Shown: positions 12,860 through 26,135 of the stretch, in pieces
Numbering within the stretch: position 1 is the first letter of the stretch
Layout: the number at the start of each line of letters is the position of its first letter
Origin: Podarcis cretensis
Lineage: Eukaryota
Length of the DNA stretch: 64,000 nucleotides
Assembly: GCA_951804945.1 (NCBI GenBank)
Contig: OX638151.1
Location: forward strand, 48,608,001-48,672,000
Direction of reading: 5' to 3'
Translations under genes and position numbers: made by a program
Notes under the pieces: generated by a model
Told to the model about the DNA's origin: nothing
What the model saw: the letters and a program-made list of their open reading frames with translations, nothing else
The model's database searches: none

Positions 12860-13234
12860 CTCTAGAGCAACCAGCAGCTAGAACAGAGCATTTCAAGCTA
12901 TGGCTTGAACAGGGGGGCAAATGCAAAAATGGTAAGTCTCCAAGAAGAGGTGGTTTTGATGGATGAAACTTGCTGAACCCAGTGAAGAAGCTGTAACAAC
13001 CCCCTCATCTGCATGGCTATTAAAGACACAGGAGCCTTGTTGTCTTATGCTTCAGGTTATTATTGGCTGAATGAGAATCTGGCACAGATGATCCCTTCAT
13101 CACTGCTGTTCCATCCCCCCCCCCAGGAGTCTAATTTCAAGTGTGCCAATACAAAGGGAGGTGTTTTAAGAATCAGCACAGTTTTTGTGTGTGCCTCTTG
13201 CAGATTTTGTGTGTGATTCCTGTAGTCAGTTGTG

Positions 13235-13386
13235 NNNNNNNNNNNNNNNNNNNNNNNNNNNNNNNNNNNNNNNNNNNNNNNNNNNNNNNNNNNNNNNNNN
13301 NNNNNNNNNNNNNNNNNNNNNNNNNNNNNNNNNNNNNNNNNNNNNNNNNNNNNNNNNNNNNNNNNNNNNNNNNNNNNNNNNNNNNN
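13235..13386. other. Assembly gap (152 N)
   Basis: Run of N in a PCNX2 intron. Confidence 1.
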
Positions 13387-15269
13387 CCAGCAGCCCTATA
13401 ATCAGCCTTCAATGGGGATGTGCTGTGAGGATGTGCTGGAAAACCAGCTAATCCAGATACCTAACATTGCCCTGCACTCTTAATTCATGTTTGATCTTCA
13501 TCAGCATATTCAAAAGGGAACTTTGCTGAAAGTTTTTGACATCTACATTTCCAAGGACTTCAAGGACCTTGGGTAGCCTTTAAATAGAATATTTCGGTGG
13601 GCACTGATGCATGGGAGAAAATGGAAGCCCTGCCCGAGCCAAGCCATGTTAATTAGGCAAGAGAATTCAAGCTCACTGGCACTGTCAGTTAGACTGTGTG
13701 ACACTGTTTTGGCACACATGGAAGATTTTGCTTCATTTCATTAATCGTATTTAGTTTCTTGTTTTAATTTGCGTTTTAGCGCTCTGCATGCCACGAGTGC
13801 TTAGGTTTGCGAATTAGACTTCGCAATTCTCAAAGGACTGAACAGTCCAAAGTGTGGAGAAGCAGATGAGGAGTTGGACTTGGACCAGGGAAACCTAGGT
13901 TCAAAAATTCCTGCTTGGCCAAGAAACAAACTGGGTTGTTACAAGAATAACATGTCATAACTTGCAGGTCATATGCAAATAACTAAACCAACAATGCATT
14001 ATTTGCCACCTATTTCATCCACCTCCCTACTCAGGATGAGCCACACGCCTATTGCTTTGATACCCCAAAGTCGCTTCTGCATTAACTCCCCAGTCCAACC
14101 AGTCATGGTCAAAACAGGCCTACACGATCCCTTTAAGATGCTTCCTTCTGTCTGAGGGACATATGCTGAGGAATAGAAAAATATTGGCAAACTTAGTGTG
14201 GCATGTGAACACAGGTGAACACATCAGAACAGATTTCATAGTTGGTGTTGGGTGTGGTGCAATCAATTGGGGGGGGGACCCAAAATGGAAATAGCTTCAT
14301 TAGGACCCACCAAAAATCACATAGTAGTCAACTAGCATTTGGGTTTCACAAAATGCTTCCTCGGCCTTGTCTACAATTTGCTGCAGATGAGGTTTCAACA
14401 GTGCCTTCTAACAGTGACAACTTTTTCTTCTCTCCTTCTGGCTCCTGTATCCCCCACCTATTTTTAATGTTGAGCCTGAGGAAGATTTCTGTGATACCCA
14501 TAACCTAGCTCACTGTTGTGCGATTTCTGGTTGGTCTCAATAAAACTGCACAATACTGTTCCCATTTGAATTCAAGGTCTGTAATGTGACTTAAGGTTTT
14601 CTTCCAACTTATTAAGGCAGTGGTGCCTCTGGTTGGTTATCTGTGACTAACAAAACTGAAATAGTAGAATCTGAAAGCCAGAATATCTATTGCTTTATTC
14701 ATTGGCTTTTAACTGAAGCATTTATAGTCTGGTGGGTGCATGAAGTGCATTACATTTACTTATTAACTTTATTTTTCACAAGGTTACATCAGGGTCAAGC
14801 ATTCTCAGCTAATGTTACTTAAAGCAGGCAATTCATGAGAGAATCTGGAAGCTACAGTTGTTATATGAATCATAATGGCTGAGGTTCAAGACGCCAATGT
14901 GTCCATTGGCTTTGTTGTAGATCACTCTGCACAACACACTCTAACAAGGGAATAATTAAATAAATGTGGAGAGTACTAAGTAAGACTGGGAGTCTTATTC
15001 CCCATTTTGTAAGACAGTGCTCCTCATACAAACTGTAAAGCACAATTATGAATGGGGAGCTTTCTACTCCAGTGAAGCTGCCTTTTTCTCATCAAAGTCA
15101 CAACATTCAAAACTGAGCAACTGGGCTAAAATTATGGAGGGAAAGGCTCCTCATATTTACTTATCCTCTGTTCTTCCTTGAAAGAGTCCAGAGTGCCTTA
15201 CAGGTACGTGTGGTTCGCAGGCAGCTTATGGGACAGACCTGCAAACAGAGCAGTATCCTGTGCCTTCAG

Positions 15270-15475
15270 ACCATTTATTTATTTTACTTATATCCCACTT
15301 CTTTTTCTCCAAGGAGCTCCAGGTGGTGTACATGGTTTTTGCCCCTCCAGTTTATCCTCACAACAACCCTGTGAGGTAGGTTAGACTGAGAGGCAGGGAC
15401 TGGCCAAATGTCACCCAGTGAGCCACGTGGTTGAGTGGGCATTTGAACCCTGGTCTCTCAGGTCCTATTATTCCA
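15270..15475 (-). mobile_element. MIR-like/CORE-type SINE
   Basis: atcctcacaacaaccctgtgaggtaggttag...tttgaacc motif; similar copies at ~36925-37230 and ~61705-61885. Confidence 0.6.
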
Positions 15476-16259
15476 GAACCTAAGAAATATCCGGCGGTAG
15501 AAGCACACGTATGGTGACAATGATGGAGCTTTATTAAAGTTTTACCATATACAAACTGCCAATGCATTTTGGCGTTATTTCACTCTAATAATACAAACTT
15601 AAACATAAACAATAAAAATGAGACATCAAAAGCAGTTAAACATACATTCATAGACACAGTATACTACATATGCAATAAGAAATATTGTGTATATCATCTC
15701 TCTAAAACCTTGTCATACAGGAAGAGTTTTCATATCTAAATATCTGGCAATTAAGCTCCTCTTTTCTGTTTCATGGCACTCAAACCTCTGTTGAAGACCT
15801 CACTGTACAATGAATATAAATCATTACATATTGCAATCTTAGACATTATTATGATCTATAATTTTGTGGCTCGTATAACAACCGTGCATCCAAGCATTTC
15901 AAGAGAGGGCAGCCGTGATCACAATTGCTTGCATATTCAGTAAAACTAAAGCAAATGTCTGCAAGTGTATCTCTCATGCCCTGACTTCTCACTATTTTCA
16001 TCCCCCCCCCCCAAGACTCTTTGCCAAAGTTTCTGACATTGTTGTTCTTAATATAATTATTCAAATTTCTATCTGGCCCTTCCTTCTAAAGGAGCTTAGG
16101 ACAGCAAACAGCCAAGCAATAAAACAATACAAAATGAAATAAAAGTATATTTGAAACATTAAAAAAAAAATACAACCCAAAACAAACTTTAAAAGGCGTT
16201 CAGTGATACATGTGGTAAAGTGGGCCAACATTTAATGGTGCCATGTGCTTCCAATATGA

Positions 16260-16679
<420 letters not shown>

Positions 16680-18409
16680 TAGCAAGCCATGTGTGCATTG
16701 CAAATCTGAGTAGTGGCGTAAAATTCTCTATCTGGGTTGTTGCTACATCATCCAAAATTATTTGGGCACTGTTTCTGGGAAGAAAAGATGGTGTGTGTCC
16801 CCCACCATTGGTTTAGTACCACCTGGTTTCTGTTCTGGCCATGCCCACTGCCAACATGTGACACACACACCCAGGCAACAGATTGTCCCCATTTCGTCTC
16901 CAGCCCTTAACTGCTTTCTTTATAAGTTTACCTGCTGCGGTACTCATGACAAGAGATCTTAGCAAGATGTTCCCAGTTCTCTGCTTGTTGGAAGAGTAAT
17001 TTGTGGTATAGCAGTCAATCTTAATTGGTTAGAAAGAAAACAGTGTGAAGCTTAATGCTTTTTTGGTTCATGGAGGTCTGGGAAATTATATTTTGGTCTT
17101 GATGCACATGATACCTGCTGCTTTAGCCCCAAAAGCATAATTTGGAATTTAAATCAAAAAGCCAAACAGCAGACTTTTGCTTGCTAGCCTAAGTGCAGTT
17201 ATGCATTGCTATCATAGAAGAATTAGAGACAGAATGTGAAACTATTTATTAGTAAGTTGAATAAAACAATGTGGACTTTCCCCCCACCAAGTGCACAATA
17301 GACCAGTTTTAGTTAGTTAGTTAGTTTTGTTTTGTTTTAAAGGCCATAGGGTTGTATCCAATGCCACCTGTGCATCAGTGGAACAGACCTCCACTTGTGC
17401 ACTGGGGATTTGGGGACTCTCCAGAGAAGATTTTAATGGTGCAGAGGGAAGATTCAGGGAAGAGGAGTTACTGCTGGAGTTCCATTGTGTGGAACTCCAC
17501 ACAACTCATGCAAAATAGGATTCTACTCCTATTTGGCCCACTGGTACATAAGACTTCAGCAAAGCTCATGTTCCAGGCAGGCATTTCTGGGCCCTAGGGG
17601 AGTGAGCATCAGCCCCAGCAGACCAGAAGCAGGTACATGGCTGGGGACAAGGTCTTAAGTTCCTTCTCCCTTTTCCAAACTCATTCATAGGCTCTTCAAC
17701 CCTGTCTAGCACACCTGCCTCTTGGCATTTCTGATTTCATTCCAGGCAGGCAAAAGCACTCGCAGAGCAGAGCAGAGCAGGTAAGAAGCGTGGCATGAAG
17801 AAAGTAGGCATGGCCCAGAGATGTGCCAAGGGGTCCCCTAAGCCTGGGATTCCTGTTCTAAACACTGTGCTGTACTGACTCTCATATGTAGCCAAAACAG
17901 CTGCAGTACCCTATGGCTTGCTGCTAACTGAATTCCATTTATTACTTAGGTAGAGGGAAGTCTACAGTTAGCATGTTATTTATAACAAATCTTGACTTTT
18001 ATAGGCAAAGCGCTCTTACTTTTTGGGGGGGGAGGGTGTCCTGTTGCTGAACATGTTCCACCTGGGTATAACAGGTCTGTAAAAGCACAAAGAGCACTCT
18101 GGGTTTATCGTTTAGATATTCTTTCCGAAAGCAAAGACACTGGCATGCACTTCTAAATCCCTATCATTCTACAGTTAAGGTAAAGCATTTAGATATAATT
18201 AGGCTCCATATAATTTATGCCAGGCTGCCTAAAGCATAGAATTCAGCATATTTTACTTTATAAGGTGAAATCAACAGTCTGTACCTCACCACTCTCTCTC
18301 GAGCACAGATTAATTGGCACATTTTATTCCATGCTGGAGCTCTCCCCTCCACCCCCTCCCCTTTCCATTTGCCATTTATTAAGTATTTTAAAGGAGCACC
18401 AAGTATTAG

Positions 18410-18787
<378 letters not shown>

Positions 18788-18887
18788 TAATCTGGCAGCC
18801 CAAACCCTTATGTGAACCAGAAGCAAATAAGTTTTGGGGGCATTGGCCACTGCATAACTGCGACATCATGAATCACAACACTGTGCT

Positions 18888-19082
18888 CAGGGCCGGCCCA
18901 CCCATGAGGCAAAGTAAGGCCATTTCCTCAGGTGGCAGAATCCACAGGGGCAGCAGGTCCCAGTGTAGAACTTTATCCACCCCCCCTTGTTCCTGACATA
19001 GATCTTCACGGGGAGATGGCGTAGGAAGGGAGTGCCATTTTGTGGTTTGCCTCAGGTGGCAAAATGTCTTGGGCCGGCCCTG
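18888..19082. mobile_element. hAT MITE
   Basis: 13-bp TIR CAGGGCCGGCCCA; 8-bp TSD actgtgct. Confidence 0.85.
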
Positions 19083-20973
19083 ACTGTGCTACAACCTGTA
19101 TAACCAAAAAACAAACCAACACAACAACCTCAGAATATAAAAATCTTAAGTACAACCCTGCTGGATCAGACCAAAGGCCCATCTAGTCCAGAATTCTGTT
19201 CTCACAGGGGCCAACCAGATGTCTGGGGGAAGTCCACAAACAGTCCTGAAGGCAAAAGCACTCTCCCCGCATGTGATTCCAGCAAACCAGTATCCACAGA
19301 TGCACTGCCTCTGATGTGGAGGCAGAACACAGCCATTGATAGCTGTACCCTCCATGAACTGCTCTAATCAACAGACCCATCCCCTCGCTCCCATACAGGT
19401 GCAACACTGTGATGAGAAAAAAACATGGTTATTTTTTTCAAAACTGCAAAAGGCTTTCACTAAAACAGCACCCACACAGTGATGACCAGGCATTGTCACT
19501 GACCTGCCTTGCCAACACTTCCATCAAGGTCAAATGTCGGGCAATGGGCAGCAAACGCAGCAAATGCCAGGCTATCACATTAAGCTATTGATAAACGGGA
19601 TGCTGACAGGCATCTACAACAGCCATTTTCAATAGGATCAAGCAACTAGTCACAGATTTAGCAAAAGTAGTATTTGCAGATTAAGTCATCCCATTTTAGC
19701 TTTCAGTCATCATCTTTAAGAAAAGTGCTTGTGTTCCTTTCCTCTTAACCATGGAGAGAGTGAATGGAATTTATTGACTACTTTGATCAGTTGGTGATAT
19801 TGACTAACAAAGATGGACATCCAACTGTGTTGGAGATCCGTTTCTTTATTTCATAAAATAAATCCTTGAGATAAATCAAGCTTGTTGCAATGACTGCCAG
19901 AGAATGCATTGCTTCTTTCTCTGCGCCTGATGAATATTGAATTTAGTAAATGGGAGGCTGAGACTAAAATGAGGGATGTTTACAGTAATATCCTATGTGC
20001 ACTGGGGCATTGACCAATATGGTGAACAGGATGCTGGACTAGGTATTTGATCTGATCCAGCAGAGCAGTTCTTACGATCTTAAGGATGGAGGTCTGAAAA
20101 TAGCAGATACCAGACATTAATGTAAGTAATAGCATGCGGTCAGAATATAATATGCACAATTCACTCAATAACTGACATTAGGCAACTGCCATCACTGTAC
20201 CCTTTTAAGATGCTTACTGAAAACTTTTCTTTTTCAGCTGGCCTATTCAAACACATTATTTGGTTGCATCTGTTTTTAAATGTGTTTTAAAAAGTTTTGT
20301 GGTGTTTAATTGTTTTTAGATATTTGAACAGTTTTTAAATATTTTGAATTTTATTTTATTTTAATTGCATTTTTATTACAGATGTGTTTATTGGGTTCCT
20401 TTGGGAGGAAGGGTGGGATATAAATTAAATAAATAAATGAAGAATGGGAAGTAGCCATTTCTGCACCACCACTCCTCCCCAAATCATATTAAATGCCTTT
20501 ACACATGCATTCCTGAGTAATACTCCAGTTTTTACATGCAAAGCACTGGTGCATACAAACCCAAGACCAGGTCCTGTGCTCTACCTTATGTAAGAATTTT
20601 TCTTGGCCATCAACCTCTGAACCAGCCCTAAATTAGACTCTTACCTCAGTCATTTTTCAAAAATGAGCCCATGAAGAAACCAAACATTTGGATCAACATC
20701 TGTAGATGCACAGATTAGCTATTTTAGCTTTAACCTAATCCAGAGATCAACAAAGATTATAACATGTCTCATGGCCTTAATAAGCCACACAGACTACTTT
20801 TTGTTATGGGGGTGTGTGGGGGGAGTACAAATGTTTTTAATAAATAGCACTGATGCTGGCTGAGCTTTGCAAGGACCAGAGTCACCCCAAGGCTGCCAAG
20901 GCATTATCTTCCAGTGGCTCTAGCCTATTGAGAGAGCTGTCTAAAACTGTTAAAGGGCCCATAGCTTACACTA

Positions 20974-21336
20974 GGTAAAGGTAAAGGTACCCCTGCCCGT
21001 ACGGGCCAGTCTTGACAGACTCTGGGGTTGTGTGCCCATCTCACTTAAGAGGCCAGGGGCCAGCGCTGTCCGGAGACACTTCCGGGTCACGTGGCCAGCG
21101 TGACGAAGCTGCATCTGGCGAGCCAGAGCTGCACACGGAAACGCCGTTTACCTTCCCGCTGGTAAGCGGTCCCTATTTATCTACTTGCACCCGGAGGTGC
21201 TTTCGAACTGCTAGGTTGGCAGGCGCTGGGACCGAGCAGCAGGAGCGCACCCCGCCGCAGGGATTCGAACCGTCGACCTTTCGATCGGCAAGCCCTAGGC
21301 GCTGAGGCTTTAACCCACAGCGCCACCTGCGTCCCG
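20974..21336 (-). mobile_element. Sauria SINE, full length
   Basis: Reverse complement of the 501-862 copy; 13-bp TSD atagcttacacta (20961-20973 / 21337-21349). Confidence 0.92.
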
Positions 21337-22112
21337 ATAGCTTACACTACAGTGCAGTAATCATCCTCAGACTATGAGGATGTAGGGAGAGCCAGGTCTT
21401 CAGGCTGGGATGCTGCAGAAGGGTCTGCTGAGGGCTCCCACCCTCCCTCCAAGGTGGGATGACTTGTGCATCATCTGAATCTGAGCCCTCCACAGGATGA
21501 CACTGGTAACCTGACGGATATTGGAGTTAAGGATGAGACATCAGTACGATCTAAGACAAATGGAAAGTTTTCACTATTCTGCTTTTATCATTCTGAAGTG
21601 TAGGAACATGTTTATGCACAAGCTGTATTTAAAATTAATCAAGGAGGCTGGAATACATTGAATCAAAAGAGAAGGAGAATTGGAGGTTAAAGACCTAATA
21701 CTAGAAATCAAGAATTTCTTTTGAGGAAAGCATGCTGCTATGTAAACATGGTGGAATAGCAGAATTAGCATCTAGTTTCAAAATATTTAATTTTACATTA
21801 TCATATGCTTGAAGATTTCACATTTATCTTTTAAACAATGCTAGCAGTTGGCTTTTTGAATTGATTCTCTCTCTTTTTGTCCAACTTGCCATTCAGTTGA
21901 CAGCCGGGGGGAGGTGGAGGAGACTATTTCTCCACATAAAAAGAATTTTTGCTCTCCTCTAATAAAGTGGGTCAGTTCCTATAGCCTTTCTGCATATATT
22001 TGAAATAATTTCCTGCCTGGTTACTGCCGGTTATTTATTCCTCCAGTGCCTACACATTCTCTTTTCAATTTATTCCTTAAAAAAATATCTTTAAAGAATA
22101 AGTCTGCTGCGG

Positions 22113-22115
<3 letters not shown>

Positions 22116-22146
<31 letters not shown>
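22116..22146. repeat. (GT)n microsatellite
   Basis: ~15 GT units. Confidence 0.95.
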
Positions 22147-22149
<3 letters not shown>

Positions 22150-22652
22150 GAGTTCCATTTTTATGGCTCTTCTTAAAAGGTTCTGTGCTTATCAGGCTCG
22201 GCACAAAAAAAACCTGTCCTTGGTTTGTATCCATCACTCTGTTTTGTTTCTGTGCACTAAGTAGGGCCTATTTTCCACATTTACTTGCTAATTTGAATAT
22301 GCAACTGAGAGTGTGGCACCCATGAATTTAAAATAGGTAGAGTAATTGTGCTTGTTCTATTGTGGCCTCTTTACCTCCTAATTTTACTGTTGCTCTTTCC
22401 ATTCATTTATTGTGCACACTTGAAATACAGTCTCATCATCCCCATTGATTGATCATCATCATCAAAGTCCCAGGGGCATGTAAGACTGAAGGGGTCACAT
22501 AACTGCAATAAGATATTAGAGAATATCACTTTGTTCTCCTTAGATGGCTTGCCTCTCACCTTTGTAGTATTTAAATAACTTCTGGCTTCTTGTGTTATTA
22601 AAACAAGCAACATCATCTTCTTTCCTTTTTCCTTCTTTTTTTTTTTTTACAG

Positions 22653-22886
22653 AGCATTATATACTTTACTGCAAGCTCCCCCAAAATCCTACATTGGCTA
22701 AGAGATGAGTCGTTCCAAAAAACACTGCAGCCTTTCTCCAAGTGGCATTACATAGAGCGGGACCTTGCAATGTTCAATATTAACATTGACGATGACTATA
22801 TCCCTTGCCTTCAAGGAATCACCAGGGCAAGTTTCTGCAGTGTTTACTTGGACTGGATTCAGTTCTGTGCTGCAAAAAGAATGGAG
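22653..22886 (+). CDS. PCNX2: PCNX2 coding exon; SIIYFTASSPKILHWLRDE...LDWIQFCAAKRME
   Basis: Long poly-T tract plus acag| acceptor and GAG|gtacat donor; 234 nt (78 codons), open. Confidence 0.95.
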
Positions 22887-23305
22887 GTACATTTCGGTCT
22901 AACGCTGCTGATTTAATGGGGGTGGGACGGGTTCTCGCCTTTACTTGAATTCTTGTTAGGAACAGATGTTCCAAATCAAAACAAGGAAGTTTATTGGAGC
23001 GCAAGCCATCAGCAATACGTAGTGGTAAACATGGTACTCGTTTTCCAGTGAGATAAGAGGCTCTTGAGCTGACTCCAAAGAGCTCCTTCACTGAATTGGT
23101 TGTAAGAACTGGGGAGCAAAATGGAGGAGAAACATGATGGTAACACTTGAGAAAGCAGAAAGTGTTGGGAATAGAGAGAGCGTATGTATCTTGTTAGCTA
23201 CTGCGTATGACCTGCTGTGGAACTGATCTAGTGCACCTTACACTGATATGTTATGAAATTAAAGGACTTTAGTCACAAAGACAACAGTGGTACTTTTTGT
23301 GCATA

Positions 23306-24017
23306 CAGTGGTGCCCCGCAAGACGAACGCCTCGCAAGACGGAAAACCCACTAGACGAAAGGGTTTTCCGTTTTGGAGGCGCTTCGCAAAACGAATTTCC
23401 CTATGGGCTTCCTTCACAAGACGAAAGCCCATAGGGAAATCTCCGGGACAGCGGGGAAGCACAGCGCGTCTTTCCCACTGTCCTCGGACCTCCTCCGAAG
23501 GCTGCCGGTGGGGCGGAGAGACCTGCTCCGGCCGCCAGCCTTGGGATGGCTGCTCCGAAGACTGGCGGTGGGGCGGAGAGATCTGCTCCGGCCGCCAGCC
23601 TTGGGATGGCTGCTCCGAAGGCTGGCGGTGGGGCGGAGAGACCTTCTCCCCGCGCCAGCCTTCGGATGGCTGTCCTGAAGACTTGCGGTGGGAGGAGGGT
23701 TTTCCTTCCCACCGCCAACTTTCAGAATGCTGTTCTGAATGTTGGCGTGGGGAGGAAAAACCCTCCTCCCACCGCAAGCCCCGGGAACAGAGGAGAAGCG
23801 CTGCGCGCCTTCCCCTCTGTTCCCGTACCTGTCCTGAAGCCTTGCGGTGGGGAGAAAAGCCCTTCTCCGCACCGCCAGCCTGGCAAGCGGTCTCCATAGG
23901 AACGCATTAATTGATTTTCAATGCAATCCTATGGGAAACCGTGCTTCGCAAGACGAAAAACTCGCAAGAAGAAAAAACTTGCGGAACGAATTAATTTCGT
24001 CTTGCGAGGCACCACTG
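23306..24017. mobile_element. Tigger/pogo-like MITE with 60-bp GC-rich minisatellite
   Basis: TA|CAGTGGTGCCCCGCAAGACGAA ... TTCGTCTTGCGAGGCACCACTG|TA; ~3 tandem 60-bp units from ~23490, then degenerate units. Confidence 0.87.
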
Positions 24018-24083
24018 TATTTGCATTAAAGCACAATGGGTTGTTGCACTGGCAATGTCCCCCCCCCCTTTGGGATTAACTGA

Positions 24084-24209
<126 letters not shown>

Positions 24210-25964
24210 TAATTTTATTCCAATGCCATGGAAATTATGGATGTAATAGTTTGCTGGTTTTTCATTTGCCATTAAATTCTGCAGGGGTAGTGGAAGAAAG
24301 GAAAAACACAAGGGATAGGTGTAAAATCATTTGTAAAAAAAAAATGGTTACAGTTACAAATGGCAGCATTTGTTACTTAGTTGTCCCTAATGAAATACAA
24401 AACTTAATGATTATCTTGAGAGTTAATTTCACCAGTGAAACCAAAATAGAATTGGAAGAAGATTATGTACTTTTTGCTTTGGTGATTTACAGTGTAAATA
24501 TTGCATGTTGACCTGAAAAGTACATCCCACAGTGCTCAATGGAGCTTTCCCCCTAATAATAAGTGTGTAGCACTAAAAGATTTTCCCCTGTTGTGCAGTT
24601 GAGACCATCCCTCACTTCTGTTGTTCCAAGAAGACGTGGTTCGCAATATGGTGGTGGCATTTTTAATGAAAAATAGATAACTGGTTAAGTCATACTTTGC
24701 ACTCACCAACTGATCTAGTGTGCATTTGAAACACCCAAGTTTCCATCCACTATAAAAGAGAGAAAAGTGGCGGGCATTTTATACACCTCCCTTTTAATGT
24801 TTAATGTTTCTGCACAGGGGGGACAGGTTCCTTTAATTTAAACCTCTCTTCAAGAAACATGTTGAAGTAGCAGAAGCTCTTGGCTGCCATGGGTTAGTTC
24901 ACACATTTCCTTGACATGATCTGGGGTGCAATGGAACATGACGTGCACAGTGCAATGATATTCAGAACCACCACACTTTCCCTGAAGCTGAATTCTTCAA
25001 GAGAAGTTGTGTGCTTTAAATTTGGGGCAACTGTGGATGTGACATGGAAGGAAATGCTGCTGAATTTTCCCTCTTGGCTGTTGGGGAAGAGGAGGGGGAG
25101 CACATGATGAGTCAAAGGTTGACTAGGGCTTATTTGTACTCATGCACATTAATTAAAGCCCAGTCTAAGCTGCCAAGTATTCCTTTGTAGCCCTGCCCTA
25201 CATGCATGGCACTAGGTGGCCGTGCCTTCCCCACATGGCCTTCTGAGCCAAATAGGGAGGCTTGGCAGGCCAAATTTAGCCTATGGGCCAGAGGTTCCCC
25301 ATCCCTGCAATAAGCCATGGTTTCTCAGGAGATGTGGATGCAGCCAATACAATAATGCCATTTTGATGACTCTGCCATGCCTATGCTTCACATGTGTGTG
25401 GATGGGAGCTGGGAACTGCACATAGTAGAGGATCTCATCTGTCCCTTATCACGTTGGCATCAGGGCTGTGTATAAACCCATGACTCACTGCTAGGCCGTA
25501 TGCCAAGAAGAGAATGGTGTTATTATGCACAGTAAAGTTATGTAGGATTTAGCAGACAACAAGTAAGACCGGGCCTTTTATGTAGCTTGCTTCATGTTGA
25601 TGCTACATTCATTTAAAAGCCATTACCGTTTACAAGGCAAAATGCATATTTAGAGAGCAACGCTGAGCTGTATGCTACTACATACATAGTGAAGTTTACA
25701 TTATATATGTACGCTGGCAATTTGCATTCATTTACACATGAATTACCTTTAATCAATTAATGGGAGATTTTAATGGTAAACCATGAAGGTAAATATTCTC
25801 ATGCAATGTATGTAAATAACATTTCTGTTACCTGTCACTGTGAACGTCAGCAGAAGCCAAACATTATCTTTCAAATTATGCAGTACAGTTGCTAATTAAG
25901 AAGCACAGCATAGCTATAGAAAGGATGCATATCCTTCTAGCTAGACAGCCTCTTATATGACCCA

Positions 25965-25971
25965 GCTATTA

Positions 25972-26008
<37 letters not shown>

Positions 26009-26135
26009 TATTAATTATACCCCGCCCATCTGGCTAGGCTTCCCCAGCCACTCTGGGCGGCTTCCAACAAAAGTTAAAATACAGTAATCCATCAAACATT
26101 AAAAGCTGCCCTAAACAGGGATGCCTTCAGATGTC
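25965..26135 (-). mobile_element. LINE (L2-like) 3' end with (ATT)n microsatellite tail
   Basis: (ATT)n run at ~25967-26010 followed by taccccgcccatctggct...ctgggcggcttccaac. Confidence 0.55.

Noticed and set aside
13141-13483. ORFs spanning X runs
   Set aside because: Artefacts of the N gap.
23490-23700. CRISPR-like regularly spaced repeats
   Set aside because: Contiguous tandem units without unique spacers in a vertebrate intron; no cas genes.
23259-23910. Overlapping 207-aa (+) and 212-aa (-) ORFs with repeats
   Set aside because: They lie within a GC-rich MITE whose 60-bp in-frame tandem repeat keeps several frames open; there are no transposase or other domain features.
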